This document shows, one piece after another, positions 1 through 8,330 of a DNA stretch of 44,723 nt. Both the position numbers and the translations under genes were made by a program. The stretch's first letter is position 1. Every line of letters starts with the position of its first letter. Origin of the DNA: Escherichia phage vB_EcoS_fFiEco02; sequence record NC_073316.1; one strand, written 5' to 3'. The notes below the pieces were generated by a model. It saw only the letters and a list, made by a program, of their open reading frames with translations, had not been told where the DNA came from and did not search any database.

Positions 1-1251
1 ATGAGTATTCAGCTATCCGCTCCTCAGGCGCTGTTCCTGAACTGCGATAACAAATACAAGGCCTATGTCGGTGGCTTCGGTAGCGGTAAGACGTTTGTTG
101 GCTGTCTGGACCTGCTTACATTCATGCTTAAGCACCCCGGTACGCGCCTTGGTTACTTCGGCCCGACCTACCCGGCTATCCGCGACATCTTCTACCCGAC
201 ATTCGAGGAAGCTGCTAACCTCCTGGGCCTTGATGTGCTGGTTAAATCCGGCGACAAAGAGGTCGTCGTTACGAGAGGTAAGACAGTAATCGGTACAGTA
301 ATCTGCCGTTCGATGGATAACCCAGGCTCTATCGTCGGTTTCAAAATAGCCGCGGCGGTCGTTGATGAACTGGACGTTCTGAGCCGCGAGAAAGCGGAAC
401 TGGCGTGGAACAAAATCGTAGCCCGTATGCGTCTGGTTATCCCTGGAGTGGTAAACCACATCTCCGTTACCACGACACCGGAGGGATTCAAGTTCGTCTA
501 CGCCAAGTTCAAAGAGAACCCGACACCGAGTTACTCAATGGTGCAGGCTTCCACCCACGAGAACGCGCGATTCCTGCCGCCTGACTACATTAGCTCGCTG
601 ACCGAGACTTACCCAGCGCAACTGATTAACGCGTACCTGAATGGGGAGTTCGTTAACCTGACATCCGGCAGCGTCTACTACGCCTACGACCGACGTAAGC
701 ATCGCAGCAAAGAGACAATCCAACCGGGCGACACGCTGTACATCGGGCAGGACTTCAACGTTACGAAGAACGCCAGCGCCGTGTATGTGCAACGTAAAGA
801 CGGCTGGCACGCGGTAGCAGAACTGAAGGGCCTGTTCGATACGCCAGATACCGTGCGTGTGATTACCGAGAAGTGGGAGTCGCAAGGCCACCGCATCGTC
901 GTTTACCCGGACGCCAGCGGCAAGAACCGCAAAACCAACTCGGCGTCAATCTCCGATATCGCCTTACTACAGCAGGCCGGTTTTGATGTTCGCGCTAAAT
1001 CCGCCAACCCACCGGTTAAAGACCGTGTTTTAGCCGTGAATACCGCGCTGGAAAAAGGTAAGCTGTGGGTTAACGACCACTTATGCCCTGAGATAGCGAA
1101 GACGCTGGAGCAGCAGGCATATGACGATAACGGAGAGCCTACTAAAGACGGCGTCATTGACCATATGGCGGATGCTCTCGGCTATCCTGTAGTTTATGAG
1201 ATGCCGGTGGTTAAACCAGTAATCAACATCCCGGTGACTTTCGCACTTTAA
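1..1251 (+). CDS. terL: terminase large subunit
   Basis: 416 aa; Walker A GGFGSGKT near N-terminus, Walker B-like VVDELD, C-terminal nuclease-like motifs (IGQDFN, YPDASG, DHMADAL); followed by portal. Confidence 0.85.
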   Translation: MSIQLSAPQALFLNCDNKYKAYVGGFGSGKTFVGCLDLLTFMLKHPGTRLGYFGPTYPAIRDIFYPTFEEAANLLGLDVLVKSGDKEVVVTRGKTVIGTVICRSMDNPGSIVGFKIAAAVVDELDVLSREKAELAWNKIVARMRLVIPGVVNHISVTTTPEGFKFVYAKFKENPTPSYSMVQASTHENARFLPPDYISSLTETYPAQLINAYLNGEFVNLTSGSVYYAYDRRKHRSKETIQPGDTLYIGQDFNVTKNASAVYVQRKDGWHAVAELKGLFDTPDTVRVITEKWESQGHRIVVYPDASGKNRKTNSASISDIALLQQAGFDVRAKSANPPVKDRVLAVNTALEKGKLWVNDHLCPEIAKTLEQQAYDDNGEPTKDGVIDHMADALGYPVVYEMPVVKPVINIPVTFAL

Positions 1252-1263
1252 GAGGATTATTCA

Positions 1264-2745
1264 ATGTTAACTATGAACGGTCAGAATCAGGGTGTTAAGG
1301 CAAAACACCGGGAATGGCTGCATCACTTCAATAAATGGCAGAAGGTGCGCCACGCGCTGGAAGGCGACCTCATCCGTTACCTGCGCAATGTCGGGAAGAA
1401 CGAGCCTGACCCGACCTATGCGGCACAGCGCCAGGAAGAATACGAGAACGGCGCTATCTGCTACAACTTCACTAAACGTACCCTGGCGGGGATGGTCGGC
1501 AGTGTTATGCGTAAAGACCCTGAGCAGATTATCCCGCCTGAACTTGAGTACCTGTTACGCAACGCTGACGGTTCGGGCGTCGGGCTATGGCAGCACGCGC
1601 AGGATACTTTGATGGAAATTGACTCGGTAGGTCGTGGCGGGTTGCTGGTGGACGCCCCGGAGACAGCTGCGGCAACGGCAGCAGAGCAGAACGCAGGATT
1701 ATTAAACCCGGTCATCGCATTCTACACCGCAGAGAACATCATCAACTGGCGATTGACTCGCGTCGGTTCAGTGAACCGCGTAACGATGGTCGTGCTGCGT
1801 GAGGTATGGGAATACTCTGAACCGGGAGCAGAGTTCGAAACAAAGTTCGGTGAGCAGTACCGTGTTCTCGATTTGATTGACGGGCGCTACCGCCAGCGCA
1901 TTTACCGCTTCGATGCCGAAGGTGGCGCTCAGGGCGACGTAATCGAAATCTTCCCGGAACTCGGCGAACAGTTACGCGGCAAAATCCCGTTCACGTTCAT
2001 CGGGGCAAGCAACAACGATGCGACCATCGACGACGCCCCTTTGCTGCCGTTAGCTGAGCTTAATATCGGGCATTTCCGCAACAGCGCGGACAACGAGGAA
2101 TCCAGCTTCGTTGTAGGCCAGCCTACTCTGTTCATCGCCCCTGGCGAGAACATGAGCATGGAACAGTGGAAAGAAGCCAACCCTCACGGCGTGCGCATGG
2201 GGTCGCGTTCGGGCCATAACATCGGTTACGGTGGCAATGCATTTCTTGTTCAGGCAGGAGAGAACAACCTCGCCAAACAGAATATGCTGGATAAAGAGAA
2301 TCAGGCCATTCAGATTGGTGCGCAGCTTATCACCCCGACGCAGCAAATCACCGCCGAATCCGCCCGCCTGCAACGTGGCGCGGATACGTCTGTTATGGCG
2401 ACAATCGCACGTAACGTAAGTATGGCGTATACCGATGCGTTGCGCTGGGTAGCGGCGATGCTAGGGTTGCGTGAAGGCACAGAGATTGAGTTCAAACTTA
2501 ACATGGAGTTCTTCCTGCAACCGATGACCGCTCAGGACCGCGCTCAGTGGATGGCGGACATTAATGCCGGTCTGCTGCCAGCGACCGCTTACTACGCCGC
2601 GTTGCGTAAAGCAGGGGTGACTGACTGGACCGACGAGGATATTCAGAACGCTATTGAGGACGCACCTCTGCCGTTAGGCGCTGTTACTCAGGTGGCAGGA
2701 GAGATTCCGCAGTCGGCGCAGCAGCAAGATGTCACTCAGCAGTAA
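1264..2745 (+). CDS. portal protein (putative)
   Basis: 493 aa ORF directly after terL with SD aagagga 7 nt upstream; position and size typical of portal. Confidence 0.6.
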   Translation: MLTMNGQNQGVKAKHREWLHHFNKWQKVRHALEGDLIRYLRNVGKNEPDPTYAAQRQEEYENGAICYNFTKRTLAGMVGSVMRKDPEQIIPPELEYLLRNADGSGVGLWQHAQDTLMEIDSVGRGGLLVDAPETAAATAAEQNAGLLNPVIAFYTAENIINWRLTRVGSVNRVTMVVLREVWEYSEPGAEFETKFGEQYRVLDLIDGRYRQRIYRFDAEGGAQGDVIEIFPELGEQLRGKIPFTFIGASNNDATIDDAPLLPLAELNIGHFRNSADNEESSFVVGQPTLFIAPGENMSMEQWKEANPHGVRMGSRSGHNIGYGGNAFLVQAGENNLAKQNMLDKENQAIQIGAQLITPTQQITAESARLQRGADTSVMATIARNVSMAYTDALRWVAAMLGLREGTEIEFKLNMEFFLQPMTAQDRAQWMADINAGLLPATAYYAALRKAGVTDWTDEDIQNAIEDAPLPLGAVTQVAGEIPQSAQQQDVTQQ

Positions 2746-2755
2746 GTTCACATAT

Positions 2756-2777
2756 AGCCCCGAAAGGGGCTTTCTTA
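2756..2777 (+). terminator. putative rho-independent terminator/attenuator after portal
   Basis: hairpin agcccc-gaaa-ggggct followed by T-rich tttctt. Confidence 0.35.
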
Positions 2778-2781
2778 TAGT

Positions 2782-3858
2782 ATGCTATTAACTTTAGCGC
2801 CACAGGGTTTATCTATGAGCTTACTTACATCTCTAATCAGCCACCAGATATGGCTGCAACGCACTGCATCCGGTGAGGTGAAAGACCTCGCGCCGTTCAT
2901 TAAGGAGATGCGGGACGAAATAAAACGGCAGGTGCTGTTATTCGGTGACGACGGGCGGAGCACTGCGCGACTGAATAAACTGTTACTCGACCTTGAAGAA
3001 GCACTGACGGGGCTTACAGGTGACTGGCAAACAAAGCTGACAGAAGACCTTAAGGAACTGGCCGCATATGAGGCTGAGTGGAACGTAAAAACACTGACCG
3101 CCAACGTTGACGCGGAATTTGTTACGCCTACTGCCGAACAGGTGTGGGCTGCTGCCGAGTTTCAGCCGCTGTCGTTAAGCGACAAGCCCGTCGATTTCAC
3201 TAAGCTGATGGCAGGCTGGGGTGAAACGGAGGCCGCGCGCCTCGTAACCGGCGTTAAGATGGGGTTTGTTCAGGGCCAAACCACACGGCAGATTGTTAAA
3301 AATGTCGTAGGCGCTGGTGGGCTGGCGGACATCTCTGAACGCAACGCGGCTACGGTAATCCGCACCGCGCTGTCTCACGTATCCAACGAAGCCCGCAACG
3401 AGACATACCGCCAGAACGACGACATCATCGAGAAATACGAATGGGTGTCAACGCTGGACAGCCGTACCAGTACGATTTGCAGGGCCAGAGACGGGATGAC
3501 GTGGGAAATCGGTAAAGGTCCGATGCCCCCCGCCCATTTTGGATGTCGAAGTACCACTGCACCGGTAATCAGTTCGGAGTTCGACTTCCTAGATAAAGGT
3601 GCAAAACGCGCGGCTAAGGGTGCGGACGGCGGTATGCAGGTAAGCGCAGACACCACCTATTACGAGTTCCTGAAACAGCAACCGGCATGGTTCGTGGATG
3701 AAGCACTCGGACCTACCCGCGGTGCTATATTCAGGAATAGTGGGATACCCCCAGAGGAATTCCGGGTAATATCCGTCGACGCTTTTGGTAGACCTTTAAC
3801 CTTGAAGGAGATGGCGGCGTTAGATAACAGGGTTGCTGAATATCTTAGGTCGGTATAA
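2782..3858 (+). CDS. head morphogenesis protein (SPP1 gp7 / Mu F-like minor head protein)
   Basis: 358 aa; motif STICRARDG...PPAHFGCRS characteristic of the phage head morphogenesis domain; follows portal. Start may be the ATG at 2815. Confidence 0.75.
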   Translation: MLLTLAPQGLSMSLLTSLISHQIWLQRTASGEVKDLAPFIKEMRDEIKRQVLLFGDDGRSTARLNKLLLDLEEALTGLTGDWQTKLTEDLKELAAYEAEWNVKTLTANVDAEFVTPTAEQVWAAAEFQPLSLSDKPVDFTKLMAGWGETEAARLVTGVKMGFVQGQTTRQIVKNVVGAGGLADISERNAATVIRTALSHVSNEARNETYRQNDDIIEKYEWVSTLDSRTSTICRARDGMTWEIGKGPMPPAHFGCRSTTAPVISSEFDFLDKGAKRAAKGADGGMQVSADTTYYEFLKQQPAWFVDEALGPTRGAIFRNSGIPPEEFRVISVDAFGRPLTLKEMAALDNRVAEYLRSV

Positions 3859-3916
3859 AGTATATCTAGTAGCTAGCTTTGGTCGGTGAACTACTAAAAA
3901 TAGAGAAAGAATATAA

Positions 3917-3971
3917 CCCCATGAAGGTATGCCTATCTCTGGCATCGACCAATCTTCATGGGGTTTTCTTA
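3917..3971 (+). terminator. rho-independent terminator (long hairpin + T-tract)
   Basis: 10-bp stem ccccatgaag/cttcatgggg with internal atgcc/ggcat pairing, followed by ttttctta. Confidence 0.5.
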
Positions 3972-3982
3972 TAGGGTTTAAT

Positions 3983-4552
3983 ATGGGAATTGTTTTTGGT
4001 GTGGGTATTAACGATGTTTCACCAATAAGTTGCGGAGGGGTGCATATAGCGTCCTACGCCGTATGGAAGAACATGTTAAAGAGGTGCTACGACAAGAAAT
4101 GGCCGCAAAGAAACAGAACTTATATAGGTTGCCGCGTGTCGGACGATTGGTTGGTGTTCAGTAATTTCAAGGTCTGGTTTGATGATTTTTATGTACCTGG
4201 GTGGCAGATAGATAAGGATTTACTTAACCCGGGAAATAAGGTTTACGATGCTTCTAACTGTGTTTTCATCCCTAAATCCCTCAATACTTTCCTAACAGCC
4301 CACGACGCTCTTCGAGGCGAACACCCACTCGGCGTACATTTCCATAAACAAAAGAAAAGATTCATCGCTCAAGTATCCGTGGATGGCGTATCTGAACAAA
4401 TAGGTGCTTACGAAACCGCTCAAGAGGCACACGTAGCATGGTTTCATAGAAAAATTGAATTAGCATATGAATACAAAGGTCTTTGCGATAGCGTAGACCC
4501 ACGCCTTTTCGAAGGCGTCTTACGTAAGATTAACTCAATGAAAGAGGTTTAG
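3983..4552 (+). CDS. HNH-like homing endonuclease with C-terminal AP2-like DNA-binding domain (putative)
   Basis: paralog of 12934-13566 (shared CxDWLxFSNFxxW, GWxxDKDLL, CxFxPxxLNxFL, C-terminal G..F.....EA motif); track start 3929 lies inside the terminator hairpin so the ATG at 3983 is preferred. Confidence 0.55.
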   Translation: MGIVFGVGINDVSPISCGGVHIASYAVWKNMLKRCYDKKWPQRNRTYIGCRVSDDWLVFSNFKVWFDDFYVPGWQIDKDLLNPGNKVYDASNCVFIPKSLNTFLTAHDALRGEHPLGVHFHKQKKRFIAQVSVDGVSEQIGAYETAQEAHVAWFHRKIELAYEYKGLCDSVDPRLFEGVLRKINSMKEV

Positions 4553-4555
4553 TTT

Positions 4556-5014
4556 ATGGGCTTTTTCAAAGTAACTGATGTACCGTCGCGACGCGTAGTC
4601 CAGTACGCCCGCGTGTCTGGCTCTGGTGAGAACGTGGTATTTATTGAGGACGAAAGTGTACTGGGTACGCCGGTAGATGATATGCCGTTTGCGGATAAAA
4701 CCGGTATTGCACTTCCAGCGGCAGGTATGCTTTATGAGATTCCGTATCTGGCGGATGCTGGCGATGGGTATTTCTCTGTGCAACCGAAAGACACCGAGCT
4801 GGCCGACGGTAGCGCCACCATCACTGTCGAAGTTAAGGCGGGTAAAGCGCCGTATGTACTGACCTGGTACAAAGACGGGAAGGAAGTGGTGAACGCCCCG
4901 GAAGAGGCTCTGTCTCTGACTGTTAATGCGGCTGGTGAATACTTCGTTAAAGTTACTGATGCCGATGGTGCGGAGGCCGTAAGCAAAGCGGCGAAGGTCT
5001 CTAAACCAGGATGA
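4556..5014 (+). CDS. Ig-like domain protein (possible virion decoration/adhesin)
   Basis: C-terminal beta-rich segment TVEVKAGKAPYVLTWYKDGKEV...GEYFVKVTDADG resembles a bacterial Ig-like repeat; similar domain in 8714-9049. Confidence 0.45.
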   Translation: MGFFKVTDVPSRRVVQYARVSGSGENVVFIEDESVLGTPVDDMPFADKTGIALPAAGMLYEIPYLADAGDGYFSVQPKDTELADGSATITVEVKAGKAPYVLTWYKDGKEVVNAPEEALSLTVNAAGEYFVKVTDADGAEAVSKAAKVSKPG

Positions 5015-5018
5015 TAAA

Positions 5019-5048
5019 AGGCCCCATAATGGGGCCTTAGTTTTATTT
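5019..5048. terminator. bidirectional terminator between convergent genes
   Basis: hairpin aggcccca-taa-tggggcct followed by tagttttattt; A/T-rich on both sides. Confidence 0.55.
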
Positions 5049-5564
5049 AAATCGCGCAGGCATTAACACCATAAAGGCCGTGTTTGAAAATTGTATTTTG
5101 CATCCTCTGGTTTGGTCCTGGAAATCGAAACGAGCAATTTCATTTTTGTATGCCTTAGAAATCTTGTACGCGTCTGCCAAATAGCGCAGAGTGAACCCTA
5201 TACTGTCGACAACACCCGGTGTGATGTGCGCCACGCGTCTCCAGTCAGGAAAGTTTCCTTCTACAACATCTACCGGAAGTGTACATATAAGCGCACGATT
5301 ATCGTCATAGAAAGATACACTGCCGTTGTCGTGGTTTACCTCTGCGTAGTTAAATTTAGAAGGCTCTCTCCCTTTGATGTCTATGAGAGTCCCTTTCTCA
5401 ACGTTGGTCTTCACATTGTCGCAGAACAATCTATGACCGTCCGTAGACACTATCAATCCTTCAGGGTCTATGTAAAAAGCGTTCAAATAGTAGCGAACAT
5501 CATTTTTAGCCCTGCATATTTTCGCCCCTACATACGCAGGGAAAGTAATTACTGTAGTAACCAT
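5043..5564 (-). CDS. hypothetical protein (moron with own promoter)
   Basis: 173 aa ORF on the opposite strand to the structural genes, with SD aggaga and its own strong promoter; no recognisable motif. Confidence 0.55.
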   Translation of the reverse strand: MVTTVITFPAYVGAKICRAKNDVRYYLNAFYIDPEGLIVSTDGHRLFCDNVKTNVEKGTLIDIKGREPSKFNYAEVNHDNGSVSFYDDNRALICTLPVDVVEGNFPDWRRVAHITPGVVDSIGFTLRYLADAYKISKAYKNEIARFDFQDQTRGCKIQFSNTAFMVLMPARFK

Positions 5565-5591
5565 TTATCATCTCCTGTTTAAGTTAACCGA

Positions 5592-5620
5592 ATAGTACCC
5601 TATTATATTGGGGTGCGCAA
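5592..5620 (-). promoter_or_regulatory. sigma70-type promoter TTGCGC-N17-TACTAT with GAATAG-N4-CTATTC palindrome
   Basis: 26 bp identical to the promoter at 15561-15589; drives 5043-5564. Confidence 0.6.
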
Positions 5621-5686
5621 ACTATTTGTTTACGTATTCCAGTTATTCCACTCAATTGTAAACGTTGGAATAAACTATTCGAATAG

Positions 5687-5715
5687 TTGACTTTTCACTG
5701 AAAATATGATAAGCT
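5687..5715 (+). promoter_or_regulatory. promoter TTGACT-N17-TAAGCT of structured RNA A
   Basis: near-identical to 37525-37553 (TTGACTTTT.ACT.AAAATATG.TAAGCT); palindrome CTATTCGAATAG directly upstream. Confidence 0.5.
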
Positions 5716-5721
5716 CCACCT

Positions 5722-5918
5722 GAGCTTGTGAAGTATGAACAAGCGACCGCGGCGCGGGCAGGTAACGGAGCGGGACGTAAGTCCTGAGTGTAGTTACGCT
5801 GACGCGTTCGGAAGGGCCATACTCTATTGCTTGTGTAAAAAGTAACTGGTTTACTGAGATTACGCCGTTTCTATGTTTAAATGATAAGGACTAGCGCCCC
5901 GCTTTAAGGCGGGGCTTT
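5722..5918 (+). ncRNA. structured RNA element A (paralog of 37560-37794); candidate cis-acting antiterminator-like RNA or small RNA
   Basis: about 110 nt core conserved with copy B; stems GCTTGT/ACAAGC, CAG-GTAAC/GTTAC-g-CTG and GGAC-GTAA-GTCC show compensatory changes relative to B; ends at hairpin gccccgc-tttaag-gcggggc + ttt; the only ORF inside is not conserved in B. Confidence 0.5.
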
Positions 5919-5939
5919 ACTTATCGAGAAAGGGGAAAC

Positions 5940-6326
5940 ATGAATCTTAAAGCAACTGTCGTAGCGGGAGCATGTTTCATCATCCTGTTATATGCGCACG
6001 GCTACTATCAATACCGCAGCGGCTGGGGTGAAGGCCGTGCTAATCTCGTTTCGCAGCAACAGCAGAAAGCACAGGCTGAGCTGACGAAGAAAACACAACG
6101 GCAGCAGCAGGATGAATCAAAGGCCGCCGCTGCTGACAACGAAGGCAAGACGAAATCAGAGGTGATTACCCGTGAAGTCGTTAAGTACATTAAAACGCCT
6201 GGCCGCAGCGTGTGCACTTTCGACGATGCTCGCGTCCTGCTCAAGTCCCACGCCGTTGTCAACGCCAATTCCATCCCCGGATACGACGATGATGCAGCCG
6301 CCGTGCAAACTGGCACCGCCAAGTAG
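5940..6326 (+). CDS. i-spanin (Rz-like)
   Basis: 128 aa; N-terminal transmembrane segment (VVAGACFIILLYAHGYY), Q/K-rich coiled-coil region; contains the start of a +1-frame lipoprotein ORF. Confidence 0.65.
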   Translation: MNLKATVVAGACFIILLYAHGYYQYRSGWGEGRANLVSQQQQKAQAELTKKTQRQQQDESKAAAADNEGKTKSEVITREVVKYIKTPGRSVCTFDDARVLLKSHAVVNANSIPGYDDDAAAVQTGTAK

Positions 6327-6435
6327 CGACGCTGACGAGGATTTAGCTATCGACGTTCAGAACGCCGAATGTGTACGGCAACTGAGACTGAAAGTGTTCA
6401 TGTTGCAGGATTACGTGAGGAATATTCTGGAATAG
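6172..6435 (+). CDS. o-spanin (Rz1-like lipoprotein), overlapping Rz in +1 frame
   Basis: GTG start with SD gaggtga; signal peptide MKSLSTLKRLAAACALSTMLAS|C with lipobox LASC; Pro-rich mature part; starts inside 5940-6326 and extends 109 nt beyond it. Confidence 0.65.
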   Translation: MKSLSTLKRLAAACALSTMLASCSSPTPLSTPIPSPDTTMMQPPCKLAPPSSDADEDLAIDVQNAECVRQLRLKVFMLQDYVRNILE

Positions 6436-6517
6436 TTGCCTTGTATGTTGGAATAATTTATTCTTGACATGTAAATCCGGGAGGCCCGGATTCCAACGTC
6501 CAGGGGACATACTGACT

Positions 6518-7219
6518 ATGAATCGTTTTTTACACTATCCGTTCCAGGAAGAAGCTGGGGCAGAAGATAAATCTGGCGGTGGCGACGCTCCAAAAATGTT
6601 CACCGCTGAAGAAGTTCAGGCGATGATTGAGAAAGAAGTTGCCGGACTTAAGGCCAATCAGGAAGCATTGCTGGCGGAGAAGAAAGAAGCCGCCCGTAAA
6701 GCAAAAGAGGCCGAAGAGGAACGTCAGCGCGCGCACCAGGAGGCGCTAAAAGCCGCCGGTAAGATGGACGAGTTCGAAAAGACGATTCGTAGCCAGTATG
6801 ACCCGGTGTTAGCCGAGAAAGATGGTCGCATCACCAAAATGGCTGAGCGCATCCTCGGCAGCGAACGTAAAGCGGTGTTAGGCTCTTTCGCAGGTGATTT
6901 CATCACACCGGAAGCAGTAGACATTCTTGCTCCGTTCGTTAAGACTGAGTTTGAAGGCGATGACGTGGTTACTAAGTTTGTTGGTGCAGACGGCAACGTA
7001 ATCACAACTGACCCGGAACAGTTCCGCAAGTACCTGCGCGAACATAAAGCGTTTTCGCATTTGATTAAAGCAAATGCAGCTTCCGGCGGCGGGGCTTCCG
7101 GTGGCAAAGGCGGCGGGGCCGCACCAGCGTTTAAAGACATGAGTGAAGCGGAGCGTTTAGCTCTGTATAAATCGAACCCTGCCGAATTTGAACGGCAACT
7201 TAAAGCCCTGAGGAAATAA
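6518..7219 (+). CDS. scaffolding protein (putative)
   Basis: directly upstream of major capsid gene; charged, Ala/Glu/Lys-rich helical sequence; Gly-rich C-terminus. Confidence 0.55.
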   Translation: MNRFLHYPFQEEAGAEDKSGGGDAPKMFTAEEVQAMIEKEVAGLKANQEALLAEKKEAARKAKEAEEERQRAHQEALKAAGKMDEFEKTIRSQYDPVLAEKDGRITKMAERILGSERKAVLGSFAGDFITPEAVDILAPFVKTEFEGDDVVTKFVGADGNVITTDPEQFRKYLREHKAFSHLIKANAASGGGASGGKGGGAAPAFKDMSEAERLALYKSNPAEFERQLKALRK

Positions 7220-7221
7220 TA

Positions 7222-8271
7222 ATGGCAATTACCACTATCGGCGATATCGTAACTGGCAACATCCCGGTCCTGGCGTCTTATATGACCGAAGACCCGGTAG
7301 AAAAAACAGCGTTCTTCCAGTCCGGTATTCTGACCCCGACTCCGTACGCCGCTGAGATTGCCCGTGGCCCGTCCAACATCGCCAACATTCCTTTCTGGAA
7401 AGCGATTGATACTTCTATTGAGCCTAATTACTCGAACGACGTGTACCAGGACATCGCTACCCCGCGTAATGTGCAAACCGGTGAGATGATGGCCCGCGTT
7501 GCGTACCTGAACGAAGGTTTTGGTCAGGCTGATTTGACTGTCGAACTGACCAGCCAGAACCCGCTGCAATCCGTAGCATCCCGTCTGGGTAACTTCTGGC
7601 AACGCCAGGCGCAACGCCGTCTAATTGCTACCGCGCTCGGTCTGTACAACGACAACGTAGCCGCTACCGATGCTTACCACGAGAAGGATGACATGGTTAT
7701 CGACGTGTCTGCTACTATGGGCTTCGACGCAGGCGCATTCATCGACGCTACCCAGACTATGGGTGATGCGCTGATGGGCAACGGTGGCGAGGTGCTGGGC
7801 GCTATCGCGATGCACAGCTTCGTTTATGCGCAGGCGCGTAAGCAGCAGCTTATCGACTTCATCAAAGATGCCGACAACGACACCTTGTTCGCCACCTACC
7901 AGGGCTACCGTGTGATTGTTGACGACAGCATGACCGTAGTTGGTACTGGCGATAGCCGTAAGTTCATTTCTATCATCTTCGGCAACGGTGCTATCGGTTA
8001 CGGTGAAGGCAATCCGTCCAACCCGCTGGAATACGAACGCGAAGCGTCTCGCGGTAACGGTGGCGGCGTCGAAACCCTGTGGACTCGTAAGGCCTGGCTG
8101 CTGCACCCGTTTGGTTACAGCTTCACCAGCGCGGTAATCACTGGCAACGGCACCGAGACTGTCGCACGTTCTGCCTCCTGGCAGGACCTGGCGAACGCCT
8201 CCAACTGGAACCGTGTTGTTGATCGTAAGCATGTACCGATTGCATTTCTGGTAACTGGTGTCGGTGCTTAA
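7222..8271 (+). CDS. major capsid protein (putative)
   Basis: 349 aa ORF after scaffold, followed by a strong terminator; position and size typical of HK97-fold capsid protein. Confidence 0.7.
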   Translation: MAITTIGDIVTGNIPVLASYMTEDPVEKTAFFQSGILTPTPYAAEIARGPSNIANIPFWKAIDTSIEPNYSNDVYQDIATPRNVQTGEMMARVAYLNEGFGQADLTVELTSQNPLQSVASRLGNFWQRQAQRRLIATALGLYNDNVAATDAYHEKDDMVIDVSATMGFDAGAFIDATQTMGDALMGNGGEVLGAIAMHSFVYAQARKQQLIDFIKDADNDTLFATYQGYRVIVDDSMTVVGTGDSRKFISIIFGNGAIGYGEGNPSNPLEYEREASRGNGGGVETLWTRKAWLLHPFGYSFTSAVITGNGTETVARSASWQDLANASNWNRVVDRKHVPIAFLVTGVGA

Positions 8272-8286
8272 GGTTAATATATAATC

Positions 8287-8311
8287 GAGAGGGACTTCGG
8301 TCCCTCTTTTC
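8287..8311 (+). terminator. rho-independent terminator after capsid gene
   Basis: hairpin gagagggac-ttcg-gtccctct followed by tttt. Confidence 0.6.
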
Positions 8312-8330
8312 ATTTACTAAGAGGTAATTT

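Noticed and set aside
3929-3982. Upstream start (3929) for the HNH-AP2 gene given by the ORF track
   Set aside because: It lies within the 10-bp stem of the terminator hairpin and has no SD; the ATG at 3983 matches the N-terminus of the paralog better.
5091-5582. 163-aa + strand ORF overlapping the 5043–5564 moron
   Set aside because: The - strand ORF has the SD and a consensus promoter; the + strand frame has neither and runs into the promoter region.
5736-5849. 37-codon ORF inside RNA element A
   Set aside because: The start codon and frame are not conserved in paralog B, whereas base-pairing is; conservation is at the RNA-structure level.
6440-6500. TTGACA box followed by hairpin atccggg-agg-cccggat upstream of the scaffold gene as a promoter
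   Set aside because: No acceptable -10 at 16–18 bp spacing and no U-tract after the hairpin; function unresolved, so not reported as a feature.
6724-7614. 296-aa - strand ORF spanning the scaffold/capsid junction
   Set aside because: Antisense to two tightly coupled structural genes; no promoter or SD; the composition looks like a reverse-frame artefact.
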